Positions 1-14,700 of a DNA stretch of 64,000 nucleotides are shown piece after piece (the first letter of the stretch is position 1; the number at the start of each line of letters is the position of its first letter). This stretch comes from Eledone cirrhosa (Eukaryota). The translations under genes were made by a program, and so were the position numbers. The stretch spans positions 34,968,001 through 35,032,000 of the forward strand of contig OZ024758.1 in the NCBI GenBank assembly GCA_964016885.1, given 5' to 3'. The notes below the pieces were generated by a model that searched no databases, was not told where the DNA came from, and worked only from the letters and a program-made list of their open reading frames with translations.

Positions 1-1787
1 TCAGAAGTAACTCCAATGTTGGTGAGAATTCATTTAAGTTCATGGTATTAGCTGTCAGAAGCAACTCCACTGTTGGTGAGAATTCATTTAAGTTCATGGT
101 ATTAGCTGTCAGAAGTAACTCCACTGTTGGTTAGAATTCATTTAAGTTCATGGTATTAGTTTGTCAGAAGTAACTCCACTGTTGGTGAGAATTCATTTAA
201 GTCATGGTATTAGTTGTCAGAAGTAACTCCAATGTTGGTGAGAATTCATTTAAGTTCATGGTACTAGCTGTCAGAAGTAACTCCATTGTTGTTGAGAATT
301 CATTGAAGTTCATGGTACTAGCTGTCAGAAGGAACTCCACTGTTGGTGAGAATTCATTTAAGTTCATGGTATTAGCTGTCAGAAGTAACTCCACTGTTGG
401 TGAGAATTCATTTAAGTTCATGGTACTAGCTGTCAGAAGTAACTCCAATGTTAGTGAGAATTCATTTAAGTTCATGGTATTAGCTGTCAGAAGTAACTCC
501 ACTGTTGGTGAGAATTCATTTAAGTCATGGTATTAGCTGTCAGAAGTAACTCCAATGTTGGTGAGAATTCATTTAAGTTCATGGTATTAGCTGTCAGAAG
601 TAACTCCACTGTTGGTGAGCATTCATTTATGTTCATGGTATTAGCTGTCAGAAGTAACTCCACTGTTGGTGAGAATTCATTTAAGTTCATGGTATTAGTT
701 TGTCAGAAGTAACTCCACTGTTGGTGAGAATTCATTTAAGTCATGGTATTAGCTGTCAGAAGTAACTCCAATGTTGGTGAGAATTCATTTAAGTTCATGG
801 TATTAGCTGTCAGAAGGAACTCCACTGTTGGTGAGAATTCATTTAAGTTCATGGTATTAGCTGTCAGAAGTAACTCCACTGTTGGTGAGAATTCATTTAA
901 GTTCATGGTATTAGCAGTCAGAAGTAACTCCACTGTTGGTGAGAATTCATTTAAGTTCATGGTACTAGCTGTCAGAAGTAACTCCAATGTTGGTGAGAAT
1001 TCATTTATGTTCATGGTATTAGCTGTCAGAAGTAACTCCACTGTTGGTGAGAATTCATTTAAGTCATGGTATTAGCTGTCAGAAGTAACTCCAATGTTGG
1101 TGAGAATTCATTTAAGTTCATGGTATTAGCTGTCAGAAGTAACTCCACTGTTGGTGAGAATTCATTTAAGTTCATGGTATTAGCTGTCAGAAGTAACTCC
1201 ACTGTTGGTGAGAATTCATTTAAGTTCATGGTACTAGCTGTCAGAAGTAACTCCACTGTTGGTGAGAATTCATTTAAGTTCATGGTATTAGTTTGTCAGA
1301 AGTAACTCCACTGTTGGTGAGAATTCATTTAAGTCATGGTATTAGTTGTCAGAAGTAACTCCAATGTTGGTGAGAATTCATTTAGGTTCATGGTACTAGC
1401 TGTCAGAAGTAACTCCAATGTTGGTGAGAATTCATTTAAGTCATGGTACTAGCTGTCAGAAGTAACTCCAATGTTGGTGAGAATTCATTTAAGTACATGG
1501 TATTAGCTATCAGAAGTAACTCCACTGTTGGTGAGAATTCATTTAAGTTCATGGTATTAGCTGTCAGAAGTAACTCCACTGTTGGTGAGAATTCATTTAA
1601 GTCATGGTATTAGCTGTCAGAAGTAACTCCAATGTTGGTGAGAATTCATTTAAGTTCATGGTATTAGCTGTCAGAAGTCACTCCACTGTTGGTGAGAACT
1701 CATTTAAGTTCATGGTACTAGCTGTCAGAAGTAACACCAATGTTGGTGAGAATTCATTTAAGTTCATGGTATTAGCTGTCAGAAGTC

Positions 1788-4700
1788 ACTCCAATGTTGG
1801 TGAGAATTCATTTAAGTTCATGGTATTAGCTGTCAGAAGTAACTCCACTGTTGGTGAGAATTCATTTAAGTTCATGGTATTAGCTGTCAGAAGTAACTCC
1901 ACTGTTGGTGAGAATTCATTTAAGTTGATGGTATTAGCTGTCAGAAGTAACTCCACTGTTGGTGAGAATTCATTTAAGTTCATGGTATTAGCTGTCAGAA
2001 GGAACTCCAATGTTGGTGAGAATTCATTTAAGTCATGGTACTAGCTGTCAGAAGTAACTCCACTGTTGGTGAGAATTAATTTAAGTTCATGGTATTAGCT
2101 GTCAGAAGGAACGCCACTGTTGGTGAGAATTCATTTAAGTTCATGGTATTAGCTGTCAGAAGTAACTCCACTGTTGGTGAGAATTCATTTAAGTTCATGG
2201 TACTAGCTGTCAGAAGTAACTCCAATGTTGGTGAGAATTCATTTAAGTTCATGGTATTAGCTGTCAGAAGGAACTCCACTGTTGCTGAGAATTCATTTAA
2301 GTTCATGGTATTAGCTGTCAGAAGTAACTCCACTGTTGGTGAGAATTCATTTAAGTTCATGGTACTAGCTGTCAGAAGTAACTCCACTGTTGGTGAGAAT
2401 TCATTTAAGTTCATGGTATTAGCTGTCAGAAGTCACTCCAATGTTGGTGAGAATTCATTTAAGTTCATGGTATTAGTTTGTCAGAAGTAACTCCACTGTT
2501 GGTGAGAATTCATTTAAGTCATGGTACTAGCTGTCAGAAGTAACTCCAATGTTGGTGAGAATTCATTTAAGTCATGGTATTCGCTGTCAGAAGTAACTCC
2601 AATGTTGGTGAGAATTCATTTAAGTTCATGGTATTAGCTGTCAGAAGTAACTCCACTGTTGGTGAGAATTCATTTAAGTTCATGGTATTAGCTGTCAGAA
2701 GTAACTCCACTGTTGGTGAGAATTCATTTAAGTTGATGGTACTAGCTGTCAGAAGTAACTCCACTGTTGGTGAGAATTCATTTAAGTTCATGGTATTAGT
2801 TTGTCAGAAGTAACTCCACTGTTGGTGAGAATTCATTTAAGTCATGGTATTAGTTGTCAGAAGTAACTCCAATGTTGGTGAGAATTCATTTAAGTTCATG
2901 GTATTAGCTGTCAGAAGGACACTCCACTGTTGGTGAGAATTCATTTAAGTTCATGGTATTAGCTGTCAGAAGGAACTCCAATGTTGGTGAGAATTCATTT
3001 AAGTCATGGTACTAGCTGTCAGAAGTAACTCCACTGTTGGTGAGAATTCATTTAAGTTCATGGTACTAGCTGTCAGAAGTAACTCCAATGTTGGTGAGAA
3101 TTCATTTAAGTTCATGGTATTAGCTGTCAGAAGTAACTCCACTGTTGGTGAGAATTCATTTAAGTTCATGGTATTAGCTGTCAGAAGTAACTCCACTGTT
3201 GGTGAGAATTCATTTAAGTTGATGGTATTAGCTGTCAGAAGTAACTCCACTGTTGGTGAGAATTCATTTAAGTTCATGGTATTAGCTGTCAGAAGGAACT
3301 CCAATGTTGGTGAGAATTCATTTAAGTCATGGTACTAGCTGTCAGAAGTAACTCCACTGTTGGTGAGAATTAATTTAAGTTCATGGTATTAGCTGTCAGA
3401 AGGAACGCCACTGTTGGTGAGAATTCATTTAAGTTCATGGTATTAGCTGTCAGAAGTAACTCCACTGTTGGTGAGAATTCATTTAAGTTCATGGTACTAG
3501 CTGTCAGAAGTAACTCCAATGTTGGTGAGAATTCATTTAAGTTCATGGTATTAGCTGTCAGAAGGAACTCCACTGTTGCTGAGAATTCATTTAAGTTCAT
3601 GGTATTAGCTGTCAGAAGTAACTCCACTGTTGGTGAGAATTCATTTAAGTTCATGGTACTAGCTGTCAGAAGTAACTCCACTGTTGGTGAGAATTCATTT
3701 AAGTTCATGGTATTAGCTGTCAGAAGTCACTCCAATGTTGGTGAGAATTCATTTAAGTTCATGGTATTAGTTTGTCAGAAGTAACTCCACTGTTGGTGAG
3801 AATTCATTTAAGTCATGGTACTAGCTGTCAGAAGTAACTCCAATGTTGGTGAGAATTCATTTAAGTCATGGTATTCGCTGTCAGAAGTAACTCCAATGTT
3901 GGTGAGAATTCATTTAAGTTCATGGTATTAGCTGTCAGAAGTAACTCCACTGTTGGTGAGAATTCATTTAAGTTCATGGTATTAGCTGTCAGAAGTAACT
4001 CCACTGTTGGTGAGAATTCATTTAAGTTGATGGTACTAGCTGTCAGAAGTAACTCCACTGTTGGTGAGAATTCATTTAAGTTCATGGTATTAGTTTGTCA
4101 GAAGTAACTCCACTGTTGGTGAGAATTCATTTAAGTCATGGTATTAGTTGTCAGAAGTAACTCCAATGTTGGTGAGAATTCATTTAAGTTCATGGTATTA
4201 GCTGTCAGAAGGACACTCCACTGTTGGTGAGAATTCATTTAAGTTCATGGTATTAGCTGTCAGAAGGAACTCCAATGTTGGTGAGAATTCATTTAAGTCA
4301 TGGTACTAGCTGTCAGAAGTAACTCCACTGTTGGTGAGAATTCATTTAAGTTCATGGTACTAGCTGTCAGAAGTAACTCCAATGTTGGTGAGAATTCATT
4401 TAAGTTCATGGTATTAGCTGTCAGAAGTAACTCCACTGTTGGTGAGAATTCATTTAAGTTCATGGTATTAGCTGTCAGAAGTAACTCCACTGTTGGTGAG
4501 AATTCATTTAAGTTGATGGTATTAGCTGTCAGAAGTAACTCCACTGTTGGTGAGAATTCATTTAAGTTCATGGTATTAGCTGTCAGAAGGAACTCCAATG
4601 TTGGTGAGAATTCATTTAAGTCATGGTACTAGCTGTCAGAAGTAACTCCACTGTTGGTGAGAATTAATTTAAGTTCATGGTATTAGCTGTCAGAAGGAAC

Positions 4701-5721
4701 GCCACTGTTGGTGAGAATTCATTTAAGTTCATGGTATTAGCTGTCAGAAGTAACTCCACTGTTGGTGAGAATTCATTTAAGTTCATGGTACTAGCTGTCA
4801 GAAGTAACTCCAATGTTGGTGAGAATTCATTTAAGTTCATGGTATTAGCTGTCAGAAGGAACTCCACTGTTGCTGAGAATTCATTTAAGTTCATGGTATT
4901 AGCTGTCAGAAGTAACTCCACTGTTGGTGAGAATTCATTTAAGTTCATGGTACTAGCTGTCAGAAGTAACTCCACTGTTGGTGAGAATTCATTTAAGTTC
5001 ATGGTATTAGCTGTCAGAAGTCACTCCAATGTTGGTGAGAATTCATTTAAGTTCATGGTATTAGTTTGTCAGAAGTAACTCCACTGTTGGTGAGAATTCA
5101 TTTAAGTCATGGTACTAGCTGTCAGAAGTAACTCCAATGTTGGTGAGAATTCATTTAAGTCATGGTATTCGCTGTCAGAAGTAACTCCAATGTTGGTGAG
5201 AATTCATTTAAGTTCATGGTATTAGCTGTCAGAAGTAACTCCACTGTTGGTGAGAATTCATTTAAGTTCATGGTATTAGCTGTCAGAAGTAACTCCACTG
5301 TTGGTGAGAATTCATTTAAGTTGATGGTACTAGCTGTCAGAAGTAACTCCACTGTTGGTGAGAATTCATTTAAGTTCATGGTATTAGTTTGTCAGAAGTA
5401 ACTCCACTGTTGGTGAGAATTCATTTAAGTCATGGTATTAGTTGTCAGAAGTAACTCCAATGTTGGTGAGAATTCATTTAAGTTCATGGTATTAGCTGTC
5501 AGAAGGACACTCCACTGTTGGTGAGAATTCATTTAAGTTCATGGTATTAGCTGTCAGAAGGAACTCCAATGTTGGTGAGAATTCATTTAAGTCATGGTAC
5601 TAGCTGTCAGAAGTAACTCCACTGTTGGTGAGAATTCATTTAAGTTCATGGTACTAGCTGTCAGAAGTAACTCCAATGTTGGTGAGAATTCATTTAAGTT
5701 CATGGTATTAGCTGTCAGAAG
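1788..5721. repeat. Higher-order repeat, 1294-bp period (24 monomers), about 3 tandem copies
   Basis: The private insertion variant GGACACTCC occurs at 2917, 4211 and 5505. Identical ORFs start at 2089/3383/4677 and 2574/3868/5162. Periodicity breaks at 1787 (C versus A at 3081) and at 5722 (C versus T at 4428). Confidence 0.93.
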
Positions 5722-8700
5722 CAACTCCACTGTTGGTGAGAATTCATTTAAGTTCATGGTATTAGCTGTCAGAAGTAACTCCACTGTTGGTTAGAATTCA
5801 TTTAAGTTCATGGTATTAGTTTGTCAGAAGTAACTCCACTGTTGGTGAGAATTCATTTAAGTCATGGTATTAGTTGTCAGAAGTAACTCCAATGTTGGTG
5901 AGAATTCATTTAAGTTCATGGTACTAGCTGTCAGAAGTAACTCCATTGTTGTTGAGAATTCATTGAAGTTCATGGTACTAGCTGTCAGAAGGTACTCCAC
6001 TGTTGGTGAGAATTCATTTAAGTTCATGGTATTAGCTGTCAGAAGTAACTCCACTGTTGGTGAGAATTCATTTAAGTTCATGGTACTAGCTGTCAGAAGT
6101 AACTCCAATGTTAGTGAGAATTCATTTAAGTTCATGGTATTAGCTGTCAGAAGTAACTCCACTGTTGGTGAGAATTCATTTAAGTCATGGTATTAGCTGT
6201 CAGAAGTAACTCCAATGTTGGTGAGAATTCATTTAAGTTCATGGTATTAGCTGTCAGAAGTAACTCCACTGTTGGTGAGCATTCATTTATGTTCATGGTA
6301 TTAGCTGTCAGAAGTAACTCCACTGTTGGTGAGAATTCATTTAAGTTCATGGTATTAGTTTGTCAGAAGTAACTCCACTGTTGGTGAGAATTCATTTAAG
6401 TCATGGTATTAGTTGTCAGAAGTAACTCCAATGTTGGTGAGAATTCATTTAAGTTCATGGTACTAGCTGTCAGAAGTAACTCCACTGTTGGTGAGAATTC
6501 ATTTAAGTTCATGGTATTAGCTGTCAGAAGTAACTCCACTGTTGGTGAGAATTCATTTACGTCATGGTATTAGCTGTCAGAAGTAACTCCATTGTTGGTG
6601 AGAATTCATTTAAGTCATGGTACTAGCTGTCAGAAGTAACTCCACTGTTGGTGAGAATTCATTTAAGTTCATAGTACTAGCTGCCAGAAGTAACTCCACT
6701 GTTGGTGAGAATTCATTTAAGTTCATGGTACTAGCTGTCAGAAGTAACTCCAATGTTGGTGAGAATTCATTTAAGTTCATGGTATTAGCTGTCAGAAGGA
6801 ACTCCACTGTTGCTGAGAATTCATTTAAGTTCATGGTATTAGCTGTCAGAAGTAACTCCACTGTTGGTGAGAATTCATTTAAGTTCATGGTACTAGCTGT
6901 CAGAAGTAACTCCACTGTTGGTGAGAATTCATTTAAGTTCATGGTATTAGCTGTCAGAAGTCACTCCAATGTTGGTGAGAATTCATTTAAGTTCATGGTA
7001 TTAGCTGTCAGAAGTCACTCCACTGTTGGTGAGAATTCATTTAAGTTCATGGTACTAGCTGTCAGAAGTAACTCCAATGTTGGTGAGAATTCATTTAAGT
7101 CATGGTACTAGCTGTCAGAAGTAACTCCAATGTTGGTGAGAATTCATTTAAGTACATGGTATTAGCTATCAGAAGTAACTCCACTGTTGGTGAGAATTCA
7201 TTTAAGTTCATGGTATTAGCTGTCAGAAATAACTCCACTGTTGGTGAGAATTCATTTAAGTCATGGTATTAGCTGTCAGAAGTAACTCCAATGTTGGTGA
7301 GAATTCATTTAAGTTCATGGTATTAGCTGTCAGAAGTCACTCCACTGTTGGTGAGAACTCATTTAAGTTCATGGTACTAGCTGTCAGAAGTAACACCAAT
7401 GTTGGTGAGAATTCATTTAAGTTCATGGTATTAGCTGTCAGAAGTCACTCCAATGTTGGTGAGAATTCATTTAAGTTCATGGTATTAGCTGTCAGAAGTA
7501 ACTCCACTGTTGGTGAGAATTCATTTAAGTTCATGGTATTAGCTGTCAGAAGTAACTCCACTGTTGGTGAGAATTCATTTAAGTTGATGGTATTAGCTGT
7601 CAGAAGTAACTCCACTGTTGGTGAGAATTCATTTAAGTTCATGGTATTAGCTGTCAGAAGGAACTCCAATGTTGGTGAGAATTCATTTAAGTCATGGTAC
7701 TAGCTGTCAGAAGTAACTCCACTGTTGGTGAGAATTAATTTAAGTCATGGTATTCGCTGTCAGAAGTAACTCCAATGTTGGTGAGAATTCATTTAAGTTC
7801 ATGGTATTAGCTGTCAGAAGTAACTCCACTGTTGGTGAGAATTCATTTAAGTTCATGGTATTAGCTGTCAGAAGTAACTCCACTGTTGGTGAGAATTCAT
7901 TTAAGTTCATGGTATTAGCTGTCAGAAGGAACTCCAATGTTGGTGAGAATTCATTTAAGTCATGGTACTAGCTGTCAGAAGTAACTCCACTGTTGGTGAG
8001 AATTCATTTAAGTTCATGGTACTAGCTGTCAGAAGTAACTCCAATGTTGGTGAGAATTCATTTAAGTTCATGGTATTAGCTGTCAGAAGCAACTCCACTG
8101 TTGGTGAGAATTCATTTAAGTTCATGGTATTAGCTGTCAGAAGTAACTCCACTGTTGGTTAGAATTCATTTAAGTTCATGGTATTAGTTTGTCAGAAGTA
8201 ACTCCACTGTTGGTGAGAATTCATTTAAGTCATGGTATTAGTTGTCAGAAGTAACTCCAATGTTGGTGAGAATTCATTTAAGTTCATGGTACTAGCTGTC
8301 AGAAGTAACTCCATTGTTGTTGAGAATTCATTGAAGTTCATGGTACTAGCTGTCAGAAGGAACTCCACTGTTGGTGAGAATTCATTTAAGTTCATGGTAT
8401 TAGCTGTCAGAAGTAACTCCACTGTTGGTGAGAATTCATTTAAGTTCATGGTACTAGCTGTCAGAAGTAACTCCAATGTTAGTGAGAATTCATTTAAGTT
8501 CATGGTATTAGCTGTCAGAAGTAACTCCACTGTTGGTGAGAATTCATTTAAGTCATGGTATTAGCTGTCAGAAGTAACTCCAATGTTGGTGAGAATTCAT
8601 TTAAGTTCATGGTATTAGCTGTCAGAAGTAACTCCACTGTTGGTGAGCATTCATTTATGTTCATGGTATTAGCTGTCAGAAGTAACTCCACTGTTGGTGA

Positions 8701-11700
8701 GAATTCATTTAAGTTCATGGTATTAGTTTGTCAGAAGTAACTCCACTGTTGGTGAGAATTCATTTAAGTCATGGTATTAGTTGTCAGAAGTAACTCCAAT
8801 GTTGGTGAGAATTCATTTAAGTTCATGGTACTAGCTGTCAGAAGTAACTCCACTGTTGGTGAGAATTCATTTAAGTTCATGGTATTAGCTGTCAGAAGTA
8901 ACTCCACTGTTGGTGAGAATTCATTTACGTCATGGTATTAGCTGTCAGAAGTAACTCCATTGTTGGTGAGAATTCATTTAAGTCATGGTACTAGCTGTCA
9001 GAAGTAACTCCACTGTTGGTGAGAATTCATTTAAGTTCATAGTACTAGCTGCCAGAAGTAACTCCACTGTTGGTGAGAATTCATTTAAGTTCATGGTACT
9101 AGCTGTCAGAAGTAACTCCAATGTTGGTGAGAATTCATTTAAGTTCATGGTATTAGCTGTCAGAAGGAACTCCACTGTTGCTGAGAATTCATTTAAGTTC
9201 ATGGTATTAGCTGTCAGAAGTAACTCCACTGTTGGTGAGAATTCATTTAAGTTCATGGTACTAGCTGTCAGAAGTAACTCCACTGTTGGTGAGAATTCAT
9301 TTAAGTTCATGGTATTAGCTGTCAGAAGTCACTCCAATGTTGGTGAGAATTCATTTAAGTTCATGGTATTAGCTGTCAGAAGTCACTCCACTGTTGGTGA
9401 GAATTCATTTAAGTTCATGGTACTAGCTGTCAGAAGTAACCCCAATGTTGGTGAGAATTCATTTAAGTTCATGGTATTAGCTGTCAGAAGTCACTCCAAT
9501 GTTGGTGAGAATTCATTTAAGTTCATGGTATTAGCTGTCAGAAGTAACTCCACTGTTGGTGAGAATTCATTTAAGTTCATGGTATTAGTTTGTCAGAAGT
9601 AACTACACTGTTGGTGAGAATTCATTTAAGTCATGGTACTAGCTGTCAGAAGTAACTCCAATGTTGGTGAGAATTCATTTAAGTCATGGTATTCGCTGTC
9701 AGAAGTAACTCCAATGTTGGTGAGAATTCATTTAAGTTCATGGTATTAGCTGTCAGAAGTAACTCCACTGTTGGTGAGAATTCATTTAAGTTCATGGTAT
9801 TAGCTGTCAGAAGTAACTCCACTGTTGGTGAGAATTCATTTAAGTTGATGGTACTAGCTGTCAGAAGTAACTCCACTGTTGGTGAGAATTCATTTAAGTT
9901 CATGGTATTAGTTTGTCAGAAGTAACTCCACTGTTGGTGAGAATTCATTTAAGTCATGGTATTAGTTGTCAGAAGTAACTCCAATGTTGGTGAGAATTCA
10001 TTTAAGTTCATGGTATTAGCTGTCAGAAGGAACTCCACTGTTGGTGAGAATTCATTTAAGTTCATGGTATTAGCTGTCAGAAGGAACTCCAATGTTGGTG
10101 AGAATTCATTTAAGTCATGGTACTAGCTGTCAGAAGTAACTCCACTGTTGGTGAGAATTCATTTAAGTTCATGGTATTAGCTGTCAGAAGGAACGCCACT
10201 GTTGGTGAGAATTCATTTAAGTTCATGGTATTAGCTGTCAGAAGTAACTCCACTGTTGGTGAGAATTCATTTAAGTTCATGGTACTAGCTGTCAGAAGTA
10301 ACTCCAATGTTGGTGAGAATTCATTTAAGTTCATGGTATTAGCTGTCAGAAGCAACTCCACTGTTGGTGAGAATTCATTTAAGTTCATGGTATTAGCTGT
10401 CAGAAGTAACTCCACTGTTGGTTAGAATTCATTTAAGTTCATGGTATTAGTTTGTCAGAAGTAACTCCACTGTTGGTGAGAATTCATTTAAGTCATGGTA
10501 TTAGTTGTCAGAAGTAACTCCAATGTTGGTGAGAATTCATTTAAGTTCATGGTACTAGCTGTCAGAAGTAACTCCATTGTTGTTGAGAATTCATTGAAGT
10601 TCATGGTACTAGCTGTCAGAAGGAACTCCACTGTTGGTGAGAATTCATTTAAGTTCATGGTATTAGCTGTCAGAAGTAACTCCACTGTTGGTGAGAATTC
10701 ATTTAAGTTCATGGTACTAGCTGTCAGAAGTAACTCCAATGTTAGTGAGAATTCATTTAAGTTCATGGTATTAGCTGTCAGAAGTAACTCCACTGTTGGT
10801 GAGAATTCATTTAAGTCATGGTATTAGCTGTCAGAAGTAACTCCAATGTTGGTGAGAATTCATTTAAGTTCATGGTATTAGCTGTCAGAAGTAACTCCAC
10901 TGTTGGTGAGCATTCATTTATGTTCATGGTATTAGCTGTCAGAAGTAACTCCACTGTTGGTGAGAATTCATTTAAGTTCATGGTATTAGTTTGTCAGAAG
11001 TAACTCCACTGTTGGTGAGAATTCATTTAAGTCATGGTATTAGTTGTCAGAAGTAACTCCAATGTTGGTGAGAATTCATTTAAGTTCATGGTACTAGCTG
11101 TCAGAAGTAACTCCACTGTTGGTGAGAATTCATTTAAGTTCATGGTATTAGCTGTCAGAAGTAACTCCACTGTTGGTGAGAATTCATTTACGTCATGGTA
11201 TTAGCTGTCAGAAGTAACTCCATTGTTGGTGAGAATTCATTTAAGTCATGGTACTAGCTGTCAGAAGTAACTCCACTGTTGGTGAGAATTCATTTAAGTT
11301 CATGGTACTAGCTGCCAGAAGTAACTCCACTGTTGGTGAGAATTCATTTAAGTTCATGGTACTAGCTGTCAGAAGTAACTCCACTGTTTGTGAGAATTCA
11401 TTTAAGTTCATGGTACTAGCTGTCATAAGTAACTCCACTGTTGGTGAGAATTCATTTAAGTTCATGGTATTAGCTGTCAGAAGTCACTCCACTGTTGGTG
11501 AGAATTCATTTAAGTTTATGGTATTAGCTGTCAGAAGTCACTCCACTGTTGGTGAGAATTCATTTAAGTTCATGGTACTAGCTGTCAGAAGTAACCCCAA
11601 TGTTGGTGAGAATTCATTTAAGTTCATGGTATTAGCTGTCAGAAGTCACTCCAATATTGGTGAGAATTCATTTAAGTTCATGGTATTAGCTGTCAGAAGT

Positions 11701-14700
11701 AACTCCACTGTTGGTGAGAATTCATTTAAGTTCATGGTATTAGCTGTCAGAAGGAACGCCACTGTTGGTGAGAATTCATTTAAGTTCATGGTATTAGCTG
11801 TCAGAAGTAACTCCACTGTTGGTGAGAATTCATTTAAGTTCATGGTACTAGCTGTCAGAAGTAACTCCAATGTTGGTGAGAATTCATTTAAGTTCATGGT
11901 ATTAGCTGTCAGAAGGAACTCCACTGTTGGTGAGAATTCATTTAAGTTCATGGTATTAGCTGTCAGAAGTAACTCCACTGTTGGTGAAAATTCATTTAAG
12001 TTCATGGTACTAGTTGTCAGAAGTAACTCCACTGTTGGTGAGAATTCATTTAAGTTCATGGTATTAGTTGTCAGAAGTAACTCCACTGTTGGTGAGAATT
12101 CATTAAGTCATGGTATTAGTTGTCAGAAGTAACTCCAATGTTGGTGAGAATTCATTTAAGTTCATGGTACTAGCTGTCAGAAGTAACTCCACTGTTGGTG
12201 AGAATTCATTTAAGTTCATGGTATTAGCTGTCAGAAATAACTCCACTGTTGGTGATAATTCATTTAAGTCATGGTATTAGCTGTCAGAAGTAACTCCACT
12301 GTTGGTGAGAATTCATTTAAGTCATGGTACTAGCTGTCAGCAGTAACTCCACTGTTGGTGAGAATTCATTTAAGTTCATGGTATTAGCTGTCAGAAGGAA
12401 CTCCACTGTTGGTGAGAATTCATTTAAGTTCATGGTATTAGCTGTCAGAAGTAACTCCACTGTTGGTGAGAATTCATTTAAGTTCATGGTATTAGTTTGT
12501 CAGAAGTAACTCCACTGTTGGTGAGAATTCATTTAAGTCATGGTATTAGTTGTCAGAAGTAACTCCAATGTTGGTGAGAATTCATTTAAGTTCATGGTAC
12601 TAGCTGTCAGAAGTAACTCCACTGTTGGTGAGAATTCATTTAAGTTCATGGTACTAGCTGCCAGAAGTAACTCCACTGTTGGTGAGAATTCATTTAAGTT
12701 CATGGTACTAGCTGTCAGAAGTAACTCCACTGTTTGTGAGAATTCATTTAAGTTCATGGTACTAGCTGTCATAAGTAACTCCACTGTTGGTGGGAATTCA
12801 TTTAAGTTCATGGTATTAGCTGTCAGAAGTCACTCCACTGTTGGTGATAATTCATTTAAGTTCATGGTATTAGCTGTCAGAAGTCACTCCACTGTTGGTG
12901 AGAATTCATTTAAATTCATGGTACTAGCTGTCAGAAGTAACCCCAATGTTGTTGAGAATTCATTTAAGTTCATGGTATTAGCTGTCAGAAGTCACTCCAA
13001 TGTTGGTGAGAATTCATTTAAGTTCATGGTATTAGCTGTCAGAAGTAACTCCACTGTTGGTGAGAATTCCTTTAAGTTCATGGTACTAGCTGTCAGAAGT
13101 AACTCCAATGTTGGTGAGAATTCATTTAACTTCATGGTATTAGCTGTCAGAAGCAACTCCACTGTTGGTGAGAATTCATTTAAGTTCATGGTATTAGCTG
13201 TCAGAAGTAACTCCACTGTTGGTTAGAATTCATTTAAGTTCATGGTATTAGTTTGTCAGAAGTAACTCCACTGTTGGTGAGAATTCATTTAAGTCATGGT
13301 ATTAGTTGTCAGAAGTAACTCCAATGTTGGTGAGAATTCATTTAAGTTCATGGTACTAGCTGTCAGAAGTAACTCCATTGTTGTTGAGAATTCATTGAAG
13401 TTCATGGTACTAGCTGTCAGAAGGAACTCCACTGTTGGTGAGAATTCATTTAAGTTCATGGTATTAGCTGTCAGAAGTAACTCCACTGTTGGTGAGAATT
13501 CATTTAAGTTCATGGTACTAGCTGTCAGAAGTAACTCCAATGTTAGTGAGAATTCATTTAAGTTCATGGTATTAGCTGTCAGAAGTAACTCCACTGTTGG
13601 TGAGAATTCATTTAAGTCATGGTATTAGCTGTCAGAAGTAACTCCAATGTTGGTGAGAATTCATTTAAGTTCATGGTATTAGCTGTCAGAAGTAACTCCA
13701 CTGTTGGTGAGCATTCATTTATGTTCATGGTATTAGCTGTCAGAAGTAACTCCACTGTTGGTGAGAATTCATTTAAGTTCATGGTATTAGTTTGTCAGAA
13801 GTAACTCCACTGTTGGTGAGAATTCATTTAAGTCATGGTATTAGTTGTCAGAAGTAACTCCAATGTTGGTGAGAATTCATTTAAGTTCATGGTACTAGCT
13901 GTCAGAAGTAACTCCACTGTTGGTGAGAATTCATTTAAGTTCATGGTATTAGCTGTCAGAAGTAACTCCACTGTTGGTGAGAATTCATTTACGTCATGGT
14001 ATTAGCTGTCAGAAGTAACTCCATTGTTGGTGAGAATTCATTTAAGTCATGGTACTAGCTGTCAGAAGTAACTCCACTGTTGGTGAGAATTCATTTAAGT
14101 TCATGGTACTAGCTGCCAGAAGTAACTCCACTGTTGGTGAGAATTCATTTAAGTTCATGGTACTAGCTGTCAGAAGTAACTCCACTGTTTGTGAGAATTC
14201 ATTTAAGTTCATGGTACTAGCTGTCATAAGTAACTCCACTGTTGGTGAGAATTCATTTAAGTTCATGGTATTAGCTGTCAGAAGTCACTCCACTGTTGGT
14301 GAGAATTCATTTAAGTTCATGGTATTAGCTGTCAGAAGTCACTCCACTGTTGGTGAGAATTCATTTAAGTTCATGGTACTAGCTGTCAGAAGTAACCCCA
14401 ATGTTGGTGAGAATTCATTTAAGTTCATGGTATTAGCTGTCAGAAGTCACTCCAATATTGGTGAGAATTCATTTAAGTTCATGGTATTAGCTGTCAGAAG
14501 TAACTCCACTGTTGGTGAGAATTCATTTAAGTTCATGGTATTAGCTGTCAGAAGTAACTCCACTGTTGGTGAGAATTCATTTAAGTTCATGGTATTAGCT
14601 GTCAGAAGTAACTCCACTGTTGGTGAGAATTCATTTAAGTTCATGGTATTAGCTGTCAGAAGGAACTCCAATGTTGGTGAGAAATCATTTAAGTCATGGT
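5510..14700. repeat. Irregular 2.3-2.8 kb higher-order units sharing a diagnostic monomer block
   Basis: The ordered markers GCAACT, GGTTAGAA, CATTGTTGTTGAG, CATTGAAG, GTTAGTGAG and GAGCATTCATTTATG recur with ORF starts at 5864, 8232, 10495 and 13296 (spacings 2368, 2263 and 2801). The same block is also at 204. Boundaries are approximate. Confidence 0.85.
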
